The notes below the pieces were generated by a model. The model searched no databases and was not told where the DNA came from. It saw nothing but the letters and a program-made list of their open reading frames with translations. A program made the translations under genes and the position numbers. Positions 12,641 to 25,183 of a stretch of DNA of 64,000 bases are shown one piece after another; within the stretch, counting starts at the first letter, position 1, and every line of letters begins with the position of its first letter. This DNA comes from Vicugna vicugna (taxonomy: Eukaryota). Location: positions 5,516,302 through 5,580,301 of the forward strand of contig MU058065.1 of NCBI GenBank assembly GCA_013265495.1, given 5' to 3'.

Positions 12641-14621
12641 GTGAATGTCCGGAGAGCATGAGGAGGCTCTGGCTGTAATCCTGGAGAGATATGACAAGCT
12701 GTGCACAGAGTGGGAGCAGATGGAGCGGAGAGGCTGCACTGAGCGGCATCCCCACTAAGGCAGCGAGGAACGGCTCGTGTCAGCCCCCGGCATTCACTCA
12801 TGGAGCACTCAGACTGCCCTCCGGGTGAAATCACAAAGGAGAGAGGCCCAGTTAGCGCTGACGTGCTTTTCATCCAAACAGCCAGGGAGGGACAGGGAAT
12901 ATTCACACAAGTCAATGCTTGGAATATGAACTTGGACCCATTTGGGAATCTCATGCGAAACCCAAATTAGTGCCTTTCTATGTCAAGATGATGGCGCCTT
13001 TTCAGAGGCCTGGAGCTACCAAAGAGGCCTGGGGAAATTTAATCAGCATTCAAAGAACAAGGCGGGGGTGACGCTGTCTTGCCAGAACATTCCAAGAAGG
13101 ACCATCAGATGTGACGGTGTGGAAACCAGGACGTACAGGAGGAACAGCAGCAGAAATGGGTGCTCAGTCTGGAAATGAGAATGCACAGGGGGCCGCTGAG
13201 AGTTGAAGAATCTCCCAAAGAGGAGTCCTGTTGTTCTGTGCAGCTGCCGAGCACCCAGCTGGGACCAGTGCCAGAAGCTGCAAGAGGCAACGAAATGGAG
13301 AAGAACTTTGGCAGTATTAGGGCAGCCACAGTGCACGGGGCTGCCTTGTGGCAGGGAGTTCCTCAGGCCAAAGGGAGAAGGCTCCCATCAGGAATCTTGT
13401 AGGAGTCATAGATCTGGAATGGGCTGGGTGGTCCCTCGGGACCTATTAATCTTCCTTTTAGCAGCTGTTCATGTGTATGATCCCAGGGAACCACAGGCTG
13501 GAGGAAGAGCCATCCCTCTGAAACATTCCCCAGCCCTGCGAAAGAAGACCGTCCAAGAAAGAATTCTTGCTTTCCTCTCCTGAGCATTGCCCCAGCTGAC
13601 GCTGCAGACTCCATAATAAACAGAGTTTCTGCCAAAGAACTCAGCAGTATTTTGCTCTCTCCATCATTCCTTTCAACCGCTTCCTCTGCCGAGAATCAGG
13701 GCTCTCGCTGGCGTGGGCGTGACTGCCTCACGACCCTTGCGGGCGAAGGACCACATCAAAAACCTGCCACATTACAGTCCTCTCCCCAAACGAGGCTGAG
13801 CTAGGCCATGCTCCTGGTGCACATGTGAGGCATCATTAAATATCATGACAGGATGTGAGCGAAACATCAGGGGCCTCCGGGGATCAAAGAAGTGCAACAC
13901 AGTCGAAAAGCAGCTCCTTTTAGAGGGGTGGGAGAGGAAGTCGCCCTTTGTTAAACAGCGGTCCTAATGACTTCTCTCTGCTTTCCTCATAAAGGCTGAC
14001 TAATTATGCCACACATGTCTACACCTCACATTCAAGGCCCCTTCGGTGTTGGGATCCCCTACTGTCAACCTTGCAGCCCTGGAGGTCATAAAAGCCAGGG
14101 GAGTCTGAGGCCAGAGAGCTGGTTTTGTGGCTGGTTTTTCTGGCTTTAGACATACAAACACTCATTATGTTTCAGTGGTGAAACTAGGGAGTGAAGAGGA
14201 ATAATCCTTCCTCAAAAGAAGCCTAGCTTATTTCGTCTTCTCTCAGTCCTACAGGATCATCACACTGGTATTTCAGACTCAAGGTGGCACCTCATTTTCA
14301 AACAGAGAGCTGCAGAGACCCAAACTGTATCTTAGCAGTGGGTAGACCACATAACCAATCTTTCAGCTCAGCCTATATCAAGACTGGAACTAACCAGATT
14401 CCTGGCAGTCTCATGGGTCCCACAATCGCCCCAGAAGGCAATCAGTAAGGCCAGATTGGTCATATCACATCCTGAAAGACCTCCCTCTCCTAGGTCCCTG
14501 GAAAACACCCAGTATCTGGACCACACATTTTGATACTTAATTGGACACCTCATTGCCCTGTGGTTTGTCTATTTTTGCATCTGTCTCTCTTCCCAACATG
14601 ACTGAAAGCCACTTACAAAGA

Positions 14622-14667
14622 TTTGGTTTGGTTTGGTTTGGTTTGGTTTGGTTCAGTTTGGTTTTGG
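14622..14667 (+). repeat. (TTTGG)n microsatellite within a degraded L2 3' end
   Basis: Directly visible pentamer array. Confidence 0.9.
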
Positions 14668-15124
14668 TACAACTCTTTAGGCTCCAATATGGGTTATGCA
14701 GATAGCAGATGATGGCTGGCTGGATGGATGGATGGATACATGAAAACAGACACTGCCACGTTTCAAATCATTAATTACCATTTTAAGTTGTGAATCCATA
14801 GCCTCCCAAGAGGGTTGTGTGATTGCTTTGATCACATCTGCCACATATGAACCTTAATTCAGAAGAGCCCTTGCCTTAAGGTTAATTTCTGTCACAGGAA
14901 ACTTTTCTCTCTAGTACTGCACACTGCGGCAACTCATGAATATTCCAACATCATAAATCTGAACTCTGGCCTTTGGAAAAGACACATGAAAAAACTCCCT
15001 GGTAGAATTTTTTTTAACTCTTACATAACCTATTTCTTCAGGCTCCCCTTGTGGCCTGCAGCCACCCATCACAACTGCCACCCAACATCTGCAGACCTGG
15101 CTTTGGGGGCAGTGCTCTGTAAAG

Positions 15125-15350
15125 GGCAGTGCAGCATGATGGAAGGCACCCTCTTTGGAACTGGACAAGTCTGAGTTTAAAATCTGACTCTGCTGTGGGG
15201 CTTTGGATGGAATACGTGATCTCTCTGAGTCTCAGTTTCCTCCTCTGTAAATTAATCTTCCTCACACTGCTGTTGGGAAGGTTTAAGCAGATAATATGCC
15301 TATGAACCTAGCACACAGAACTCTGCTCACTAAACAGTCACTATGATTAC
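15125..15350 (+). mobile_element. MIR SINE
   Basis: Core ctctctgagtctcagtttcctcctctgtaaa...aggtttaagcagataat. Confidence 0.75.
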
Positions 15351-16529
15351 TCTCGGAAAAGCTGGAATCCTCAGGATTCACAGTGACTCAGGTCGGTGCC
15401 TCTCTACAAAAGCGCACCCAAAGCACAAACCTCATGCTAAAAAAAATACATACACACACGTTAACGCAAACCAGCAAGCAAGCATCAGGTGTTTGTGAAA
15501 ACGTTAAAGAAATGCCTAGATGCAGCATCCCATCAGGATCTAACCCCTAGTCCTCCCGAAGGTCCCAAAATGGTGCTGATTTACAGCACTTTCATCAGAA
15601 AAACAAAACACAGTTGTGAATTTACTGCTATTTACTTAGGGAAAGGTGGGCGAGCCCCACGCCATCCCTCCCCAACAACAAGGCAACTGGAAGCAGGACG
15701 GGAAGAGACAGCCTGACACTGGAGGTTGTCATTGCTCCTGATCAAGTTTTTTTACCTACTCTGCCTTGGTTTTCTCACCTGTAAAATGGGACCACAGACA
15801 CCATGTTAGCTGTGCTGTTCGGCTGCTAGCCCAGAAAAGGGCACTCAACTGATGTTTGTTGAACTGTTGCTGGTCCCAAGTGTGACTGAAGGCATGCTTG
15901 CTGGTATTATATAGAATTTTAAGTCTTAAATTTGTTTCAACATTTGAAAAGATATTAAAACTCCAACTTGTTTATGATAGAGTTGTTGGTAGACTGGCTA
16001 GGGGCGGGGGAGGGGGACGCTCTAACACCGAAGAGGCAGGAGTATAAAAACATCTGATGTTTGAAATTGCTCTTGAGAAGAACCCCTTTTTGGAGTTTGC
16101 TTGTTGCGTTTGACAGGTTACTGTTGTTAGGACAATCACAAAAGCTCCCCAGTATGTGGTCCATTTGGGAACAATAAAAGAACTACAAGGGCCAGAACCG
16201 GTTCCAAGAAGAACATTTTTAGTTTCTCCTTTGAAGCCAAGATTAGATTGTTGGCGCTGGAACTAAAGGCTGTCTCAGTCTGGAGCTATGTTTTATCTTG
16301 AGATGCAAATTCGTCATGCAAACATGATTACAGCTCCTTCACGCCGGGGCAGCTCTGTGCTGCCTGCTCCAATGCTGCATGCTTAGAACACCAGCAGAAA
16401 GGAGAGAGGAGTCTCCTTCTGGAGCCCTCCCTGCCTCCTTAGCTATTGATGGGGGAGCTGGGGGTCACTTCTCCTTGGGAAGCACGATCAAGTTCTGGTC
16501 TCCAGCTACACCACTATCACCAAGTCAGC

Positions 16530-16790
16530 ACTGAACTCTGCAGGCACTGAATCCAAATTCTCTCCCAATGCAAGACTGTCACTCTGACTGATGGTCCTAC
16601 AGTCTCTAAATGAACCTTCAACTGACAGGGAGCTCACTCCTTTGCAACCAAGGTCACACTGTGTTGAGCAGCTCCAAGTGGAGAAATATTTTTATAGTGA
16701 GCTGAAATCTGCCACCATATAGTTCCCACTTACTGACCTTGGTTCTGCCCACTGGAATACTAAGAATAAAATAAATTCATACTGCATTTC
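16530..16790 (-). mobile_element. L3/CR1 LINE remnant
   Basis: gacagggagctcactcc...gagctgaaatctgcc...cccacttactgaccttggttctgccc resembles antisense CR1 3' region. Confidence 0.5.
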
Positions 16791-17119
16791 CCACAAATGC
16801 AAATTTTATTCATTGGAATATAGAAACCAAGTTCCAAAACCCGTATGTCCCTCCCTAGCCCCCTCTGTTCCTCTCCCTTCTTTAAAAAGTATTTATTAGC
16901 TTCCTTCCTTCTTTCCTCTCTCCCTCACTCCCTTCCTTCTTCCTTTTTCCCTTCCTTCATCCAAATGCCATCACACAGGCCCGAATGAGACAGGAGGCCT
17001 GAGGGAGGCAGGCCCAAGCTAGTTGTCAGCATCTGCATACAAGAGGACAGAAGTCAGAGGGTCCACAGACTGACTGCCTAGAGGGGACTGAGACACAGGG
17101 AGCCAAGCTTCTCACAGTC

Positions 17120-18330
17120 AAAAAGGAGGTACAAATATGGAAAGGGAGAAAAGTAGAATATACTCTGTGATGTACTAGAATTGGAAGCATCGATGTGAAC
17201 TCATGGTTTTCAACAAATACAGATATAGATGTAAATTTGTGTATATTACATAATGTGTAATTTCCCAGCTCTGTCCACTCAGAAGGCCAGAGCAAGGACA
17301 TCCCACTAGCAGTGAGCACAACTATTGTCCAAATCTGGGTTGCAAAATACTGTTTGTTCTCCAGTAACAGGAACCAGAGCTTCTTGGAGAAATGGCTGAT
17401 TCTAGGATTAGGGCAGGGAAAGCTGGCGACGTGTCTGGAACACCCTGTGTGGCCCAAAAGTAAGGAAGTGCTCAAAGAATGATCGAAACAAGTCAAAAGG
17501 ATGTAGGAGCCAGTTTGAATGGGTTCCCACCAGCCAAATCTGGAAACATCAGGACATCAAAATGAATTATGAGAGTAATAAAGTACAGCCATTGAATAAA
17601 ATGAGAACCCATAAAGCCACACATGATATAAAATTTTAAATGAATAAATGGGGAAAAGGAAGTTTTTCCTTTGGTAGAAAGGCAACTACTATATGCAGGG
17701 GTCATGGAATTAGAAATTCACCATTTGGCAACCACCATAGTAACAGTTAACTCAGGCAAGAAGCAAGAGATGCTACAAGCAGTGGGTGAAGGTGGAGAGG
17801 GGAACAGGATTCCACACTGTGTCAAAGCACCTCCCCACGAAACATGTATAAAATACAAAGAGGGAGAGAGTATCACCTTAAGTGGAGAAACCTGCAGACA
17901 CCAGGTGATCAAAGTTAACACCACGAGGAACAGGACAGACAGTGTGCACATACCATCCAATGGGTTTTCATGAAAGGAACACGGGATTTATGATATTCTG
18001 GCTAAAAATACACAACCTGGGTCTAATGGAGAGGAAACAATGGGCAAACATTGAGAAACATTCCACAAAACAGCTGGCCTATTCACTTCAAATTTTTCAA
18101 AGTCACGAAAATCAAAGAAAAGGAGGAACGATTCCAGATTGAAAGAGCCCGGAGGGACGTGGCAAGCAAATGCTATGTGTGATCCTGGACTGGGCCCAGC
18201 GCTATCACAGAGGTTACTGAACACTGGCAAAACCTAGCCAGGTCTCACAGTCAAAGGTATACAGGAGTCCTTTATCCTATTTTCACAAATTTCTCTAAGG
18301 ATGAAACAGTTTTAAAATAAAAAAATTTTA
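17120..18330 (+). mobile_element. Ancient L1 (L1MC-type) long 3' UTR
   Basis: ggaaccagagcttcttggagaaatggctgattctagg, aagtggagaaacctgcagacacc, gattccagattgaaagag typical of L1MC 3' ends. Confidence 0.75.
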
Positions 18331-18617
18331 AGTCATGTAAGACAGTAATTCAATGCTTTTTGAAAGTTCCCCCTCAAGAAACTCTCTCCAGCTAATGATC
18401 CCTAAAATTCTATGCGCTCCCACCCTCTGCTTTCTGAGACGTAAAACTCTGAACTTTGTTTAAATGCAAGTATTCCTGGGAGAGGTAATACTTTAAGCCA
18501 ACACTCATTTTCAGTAGTGTTTCCCAAAGCAGCGTGCAATATGTTGGATCTATGAGACTTTTGTTAATTGGTGTTAAGGAAAAGGAAAATTTTTTTGTCA
18601 AAGAAATTTGAAAAACA

Positions 18618-18726
18618 AAATATAAAAATGAATATAATGTATGTATATGCATGACTGAGACATCGTGCTGTAGACCAGAAATTGACACATTGTAATTGAC
18701 TGTACTTCAATTAAAAAAAGAAAAAA
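18618..18726 (+). mobile_element. Extremely 5'-truncated young L1 (3' terminal ~110 nt) with 18-bp TSD
   Basis: L1 terminus plus polyA; TSD AAAGAAATTTGAAAAACA (18600-18617) / AAGGAAATTTGGAAAACA (18727-18744). Confidence 0.85.
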
Positions 18727-18919
18727 AAGGAAATTTGGAAAACACTGAGTTACACCAAGTTTCTTTGCTGCGTAACTCCTCAGTCTTTAAGAGGTTGATG
18801 TGTATTTTTAATTGCCCTGAGGGGAAAACGCATTTGGAGTTATTGAGTCATTGTACCGTAGGTTCCAAAAAAACATTATTTGGGAAAATGCTGAATGACA
18901 GATTCCAATCAACAGGCAA

Positions 18920-19175
18920 GAGAGCACCGAGAGTTTGGGCTCTGGTGTAAGACGGTCTGTGTTCAAATCCTGGCTCCCCCACTTAGTAACTACGTGGCCT
19001 TGGGCAGGTCAATTAAATTTTCTGTGCCTCAGTCTCCTTATCTATAAAATGGCAGTGATAAGAGTTCTTATTTTGATGCTGTGGAGATAATTGGACATGA
19101 TTAATAGAAATAAAAACTAGAGCAGTGCTGGGCACATGGAAGGATTCAATGCAGGTCTGCACTGCATGCTACTGT
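18920..19175 (+). mobile_element. MIR SINE
   Basis: gttcaaatcctggctcc...ctgtgcctcagtctccttatctataaaatgg...agcagtgctgggcacat. Confidence 0.85.
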
Positions 19176-20329
19176 TATTCCTGTTATTACTCTTTCTTGG
19201 GAGCCTGACTGGACCAGAACAGAGCCTCCGGGAGTGGGGGTTTTAGAAAATGCCACCAAGGTCCAGGGAGGAAGGAATGAGCAGCAAGAACTAAAAAGCG
19301 GAAGGTACTCAAGACAAACTCCCCTCACATCCCAGCTTTGAGAGTACTGTTGTGAAAGCCCCCTCCTACACATCCATCGAGACCTCCCCTCAGAGTCCCT
19401 GTGACCTTTGGGGGCCAGACTGCTCCATCCTGCACCCCGACCAGGGGACCCATCCTCCCCAGGGAAGCAGAGTACCAGAAAATATCTTCCCTCGTGGTAA
19501 ATAATCGTGGCCACTTTTCTCTCTGTAAATACGTTCATTTGGTCCACTGATTTAGCCCCTGATCACCCACCCCCGCCCCTTAGCCACCCCCTCCTGTGCC
19601 ACAGGAGGAAGGAAGAGGGGTTTGGAGATCATGGCTACCTGCCAAATGGGGTGTCCCAAGCTATCCCCCCATGCCCCAGAGTCACCACGGAGGGACTGAC
19701 CCCGTGGGGCTGTCAGCTCACCACAGACAGGCTTCACCCGCGCTTCAGAAAATGAAAAGCTTTATTAAACTTTCAAGTCCGGAACAGATGTGTCCAGACA
19801 TAAATATTCAAAAGATCCCATCTGTTAGGTAAATCGTCTTTCGATGTAGTAACGGAGGGACCGAACGTTAGTGAGACCCCATTGCTCTGAGAGCCCGGGA
19901 GTGTCAGAAATCCTGCCAGCAGATGCTCCTGGAATCAAAATGAAAGGAGCCCGAGTAACAAAGAAAACTCGAGACAAGACTGTGGCAGTGGGGAGTGTCA
20001 CTGCCACGCCAATCAGGACTTCCGCTGGGTCAGGAGCCCCAGGAGAGATGAGGCCAATGATGAAATCCCAAAGACAGCACTGGCAGGGGGTCAAGGAAGA
20101 ATAATCAGATCCACATACGCATACACCCACACAGAGCGGCAAGCCAGAGCCTGGTTAGAGACACAGAGGTTCTCCTGCCATGACAGAGATGCTTATTCAG
20201 TTCATGCCTTAGGGGAGACACTTAAGCACACGGCGGGCGGGGGATTCTTCATTTGAAACGCTACATTTCTGAGCACTCATTTTATGCAACAGTCTACACT
20301 GAGGGTTATGAAATAGAATGAACAACAAT

Positions 20330-20585
20330 AAAAATAACAATAAATAGTATACACTTACTCAGCCTTCATCTGTGTCAGGCACTGTTCTCAACACTGTGCA
20401 TTCACTGACTCACTTTATCTTCCCAGCAACCCTCAGAAGTAGATACTACTATCATTCCCATTTTACAGATGAGGAAACTGAGGCACAGAGAAAATGAGTG
20501 ATTTGTCCAAGGGGTCATGGATGGTAAGTGCTGGGCCAGGGTTCAAATCCAGGCAGACAGCATGGAATCACCGTGCTCAAATGGT
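20330..20585 (-). mobile_element. MIR SINE
   Basis: Antisense core cccattttacagatgaggaaactgaggcacagaga. Confidence 0.9.
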
Positions 20586-21124
20586 ACAAAACAGGGAGGC
20601 AGGACTGCAAGGGGTTCACGTTCTAATGTAGAAAAGTGAAAGATATATTGGAAGAAGGAAGAAAAACACAATGTGGTGCTTTGGTAACAGGGCTGCTGAG
20701 GAGGGAGGTACTGACCCCGTCTTCCAGGTCCAGAGCCCCAGAGCCCTGGGTGTTAGCCCCGGACCGGTTTGCCTGCTCTGCGTCCTCTCTCCCTAACCAG
20801 CCAGGCTGCTCCACTCCCTTTGTCCTGAATGCACCTTAAGTTGCCCTCTGTTGCAAAATTGCTCATCTGCTACCTACAGCACCATCCCCTCCTCCTTGCC
20901 ACCAGTCTCCCCAGCAGGCTCAAGTCTTCAGCCCCCTCCCTCCTCTGAAGTCCTCCAGCACCCATCACAAGCCCCACTCCCTTCATGCACATTTTTGGGC
21001 TTATACAATCAGCCAGCCAAGTGCCTAACGTGGCCTCAACTCCATACATCCACACCCCCTGGTGCTCCAGGTACACGAGCTCTCCACCTTCCTAGAACTA
21101 AGCATCATTCTAATCAAAATTTCT

Positions 21125-21640
21125 GTTTGGGTCAAAGAATACTTTCCATTGTAAAATATAGAAGTCCAACAAAAATCCATTTAAGCCAAAAAAAAATAGT
21201 TTAAGTAAATGGATTGGCTCCAGTAACTGAGATGTTCAGTAACCAAGATAATGAAAAGCCCTGGGATAAACAGGTACGGCTGGATTCAAATGCTCAAAGA
21301 AGATCCAGTGTCTCCCTGCCAGCCCTGCTCCCAGACAGGTGCTCAGGACACCACAGCAAGATGCCCACCTACTGCTTCAAGCTCACATTCCACCCATTAG
21401 CAGCCCCACTGTGATAGGGGTCCTCTTTATAGCTCCTGCAGGCTGGGGTCAGGGGCCACCTCTGAGCCAGTCACAGGCACCAGCAGACACAACGGTCTCA
21501 CTGGCCAAACCTGGGTCATATGCCCATCCCAGGGTCCCCTGAGGAGGGGCAGAGGGAGCAGCCCCATCAATGTGGACTGACAGTGGGAGAGGTGTTTCTT
21601 TAAAGGGAATTTTACCAGGAAAAGGGGGAAAGAACACGAA
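21125..21640 (-). mobile_element. Old MaLR LTR (MLT1K/L-like)
   Basis: gattggctccagtaactga and tctcactggccaaacctgggtcatatgcccatccc. Confidence 0.55.
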
Positions 21641-21857
21641 GCAGGGAGACACCGACACCCACAACCACCAAAACTGATCTTCAGTCAATGTATCTGCTTG
21701 TTGAGTGTTTGCTATGTGCCAGGACTGGATTAGTGGTATGACAACTGAAGACAACATGATGTATGTTAAGCACGTCGCCCATGCTGAGTACACAGCCAAT
21801 GCTTAGTAAGTGGGAGGAACGGGTGACTAGGTAGTTTCTCTTTAAGGGAAAACCTGT

Positions 21858-22240
21858 TAAGTTAGACAGAGAAAGACAAATATCATACGAAATCACTCGT
21901 ATGTACAGTCTAGAAAAAAAATTTATTTACAAACCAGAAATGGGCCTGCAGACATAGAAAACAAACTGGTTACCAAAGGGGAAGGAGTGGGGGAAGGGAT
22001 AAATTAGGAGTTTGGGATTAAAAGCTACACAGTACTAGATATAAAATAGATAAACAACAAGGACCCACTATATAGCACAGGGAACTATATTCAATTTCTT
22101 GTGATGAGCTTTAATGGAACAGAAACTGAAAATACATATATATGTGTATGTATATATATATAACTGAATCATTTTGCTGTACACCTGAAACTAACATTGT
22201 ATATCAACTACACTTCGATAAAAAATTAGAATTTGAAAAA
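21858..22240 (+). mobile_element. L1 3' end (cetartiodactyl L1-type 3' UTR)
   Basis: gggataaattaggagtttgggatt...aaaatagataaacaacaaggac...tatagcacagggaactatattcaa...gctgtacacctgaaactaaca. Confidence 0.9.
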
Positions 22241-22452
22241 GGAGGGGGCAGAACTTTGCAAAAAGAGATGAAGTCTCTGGTCTCAGGCCACACAGCTTGG
22301 AAGGGCTCCCAAGGACCTGGGTGTTCAAAGCCTACTGATATTTACCTCCCTCCCAGTCTACCTGGGTAACTAACCAAGACCCAGCTCAGACTGATTCAAC
22401 AGCATCCTTCTGTGGCATTCTGTATATCCCTCCACTATAACTCCTAAAGCCC

Positions 22453-22631
22453 CATACTTTAATTTGTTCATTCTAAGATGCATATTTTTTCACATTTCAA
22501 AGTTTCTGAGATTAAAGATCAGCATACATAGTGTAGCATTAAAATGGGAGTGTTTCTTTTATCCCTCAAAGCTGTTTTTAAATTAACGTCACATCTTACA
22601 ATCAGTCTGTCATATAATCAAGGAAATGTGG
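22453..22631. mobile_element. MER104-like (TcMar-Tc2) MITE nested in an L2 fragment
   Basis: ttctaagatgcatattttttcacattt...catcttacaatc...aggaaatgtggta. Confidence 0.6.
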
Positions 22632-22759
22632 TATTTGTTTATAGGTCTAGACTAGATCGTGAGCTCCTTGAGCAGGAGCGTCCTAAACACTTAGCATAAA
22701 GTCTTTCATATGGCTGCTGGTTAACCCAAGTAGTCTTATTCAAGAAGAAGTGTTTTAAC

Positions 22760-23520
22760 ATTCATTAACTCAACGAACATTTACTGAGCCCCTCCCACGT
22801 GACAGGCATTGCACAGGAGGTAGGGACACAATGTCAAACAATCCTGGTGAGACCCTACACCTCTGCTGTACATCTCTGCTGTATCTTAATGGGCACAGAC
22901 ATGAATCTGAGGGGCGAGGGCACAGCCATGCCCCAAAGCCAGCAAGTTATGTGGGTTGTGTCAGGCCAAAGCAGAGATAGGAAGCCGGGAAACAGCAGAA
23001 GATGAGGGCAGTTAAATGTGAGTTTGCAAAGGTCTTAAAACACACGCTGAGGAGATTAGATTAAAGGTGGGAGGCAAATGGGAGCTCCTGCCGACTTCTG
23101 AATGGACGAGTGACAAAACCAAAATAGCACTCCAAGAAAATTAGCCTAGCTGTTGGGTAGAGAATGGACCAGGAAGGGCGAGGCTGCAGGTGGAAAGGCC
23201 CACTAGGAAGGAGGCTGCAGCACAAATCAGCATGTGAGGCGATCAGAGCCTGGACACCAAGGAAGGCTCGGCTGTGTCAAAGGCTCAAGAAAGTCAGATC
23301 CCAGAGACAGAACTGCCAGCCCATTGTGGGAGGGGCAGACCTAGAGAGGAAGCAGTCAAAGGAGACGCTGAGGTTAATGCTTGGGAAGCCAGGATGCGCC
23401 CGCCGATGCTCACGAGTATGGGAGGGCAGGACGCTTAGGCGACTGGGCATTGAGTGCCCTTGGGAGGCCCAGTCAATGAGAGAGGGTCAAGGTCAGGCTG
23501 CAGAGCAAGAGAGCACATGA
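22760..23520 (-). mobile_element. L2 LINE fragments
   Basis: cattcattaactcaacgaacatttactgagc tail; ggcccactaggaaggaggctgcag internal L2 motif. Confidence 0.6.
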
Positions 23521-24479
23521 GCCGCACCCTCTAAGTTGTGTGGGTGTCGGGGACGGGCATGCGTACCCAGAAAGCAGAGAAACCCTTCTCCCTTCTGGAC
23601 CTGGAAAGGCAGCTCCATTTGCCCTTCCTGACTCAAGGAGGAATCAGAATCAACTCACTACTTAACAGTTTTGTCTGAAGTTGAGTCAACAATTAAGCAG
23701 AAGACCCAGGCTAGGAAAGGACTAACTGACATCACCTTGAGTCTTGCAGAAGCAAGATAATCAGTGAAGATTCATTAAACAGCAGAATAAAAGGCACAGA
23801 GCCTGGGGTCAGATAGAGCCCAGGCTCGGCCTCCAAATCTTCATGGAAGTTTACTGTCCCCCTATTGTCACATTCTCAGAAACACTCATTAAAGCTTTTA
23901 GAGCTCATTTGAATGTTTGGTCATGCTCTGCTGCACTTTATGGGGAAAGGGGGTGAGGCTACAGTGGTACTGCTTAATTTGGTGATAATCGGGACATAAG
24001 TCTTCCAGATGTTAAAGAGGACTAATGAGCAAATGAACATAAAATACCTATAAAATGCCAGGCACATAGTGAGTGCTCAAAAAATGTTGGGTCCTGGAGA
24101 TGTGTTGGCTCTTAGGGCCTGGAAGAGAGAAGAGAAACCCAAACTCTGGTACCTACCCTCAAGAAGACTTGTGAAATCTACAAATCGTGCCTTAAATGGC
24201 TGCAGACCCTCCTTCAACCCTGATTTCTAAAACAAGAGCAAAAACCCACATCTCCACGCATCGACCTTTGTAATGGTGACTGGATCCTTCCGGTTAAATG
24301 CTGAGTTCAGCCCAGCGACTGATCAGAACTGGCAATTTCCAGGGCTTTGTCTATTTCCAGCTTCCGGGCATTTATGAGTCCAGGCAGTTGGACCCTCCTT
24401 TCTTCTGCCTTTTGACGAGCCAGGCTGGTGTGAGCACAACGGCATATCTCTTGCTTCTTCTGTGTGCCAGGAGACTACA

Positions 24480-25183
24480 AAGAAGTGACTCGCTAAGAGT
24501 AGAGGCACTGGCCCCTCGTGCATTGCTGGTAGGAAGTTAAAAGGATGCAATGGCCATGGAAAACATTGTGGAGGGATTCCCCAAAAAATTAAACATAGAA
24601 TTACCACATGATCCAGCAAAGCTGATCCTAGGTATAAGCTCAAAATAATCGAAAGTGGGACTCGAACAGATATTTGTACACTCACGTTCATCGGAGCATT
24701 ATCTGCAATAGCCAAAAGGTAGAAAACCACCCAAATGTCCAACAAGTTGGAGGAGGAATGGATAAACAAAACGTGCTATATACACACAATGGCATTTTAG
24801 TCTTAAAATGGAATGAAAGTTCGACATATGCTACAACATGGATGAACCCTGAAGACATTATGCTCAGTGAAATAAGCCAGTCACAGCCAAAGGACACATA
24901 TTGTATGATTTCACTTCTACAAGGTACTTAGAGTAGTCAAATTCATAGAGACAGAAAGTAGAATGGTGGTTGCCAGGGGCTGGGGGAAAGGGGAGAAACT
25001 GTTTATAATGGATGTGGAGTTTCAGTTTGGGAAGATAAAGTTCTGGAGAGTGATGGCAGTGATGGTTGTACAACAGTGCAAAAATGTACTTAATGCCACT
25101 GAACTGTACACATGAAAATGATTAAAATGGCAAATTTTAGGGTATGTGTATTTTACTCCCACAAAAAAATGTTGAAAAAAAAT
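24480..25183 (+). mobile_element. L1MB-type LINE-1 3' end (ORF2 C-terminus remnant plus 3' UTR)
   Basis: ttaaacatagaattaccacatgatccagc, ggatgaaccctgaagacattatgctcagtgaaataagccagtcac, gtacttaatgccactgaactgtacac. Confidence 0.9.

Noticed and set aside
12011..12739. 242-aa ORF, the longest in the track
   Set aside because: Overlaps a degraded L2, has a non-ATG start, is Ser/Leu/Pro-rich and resembles no protein I recognise.
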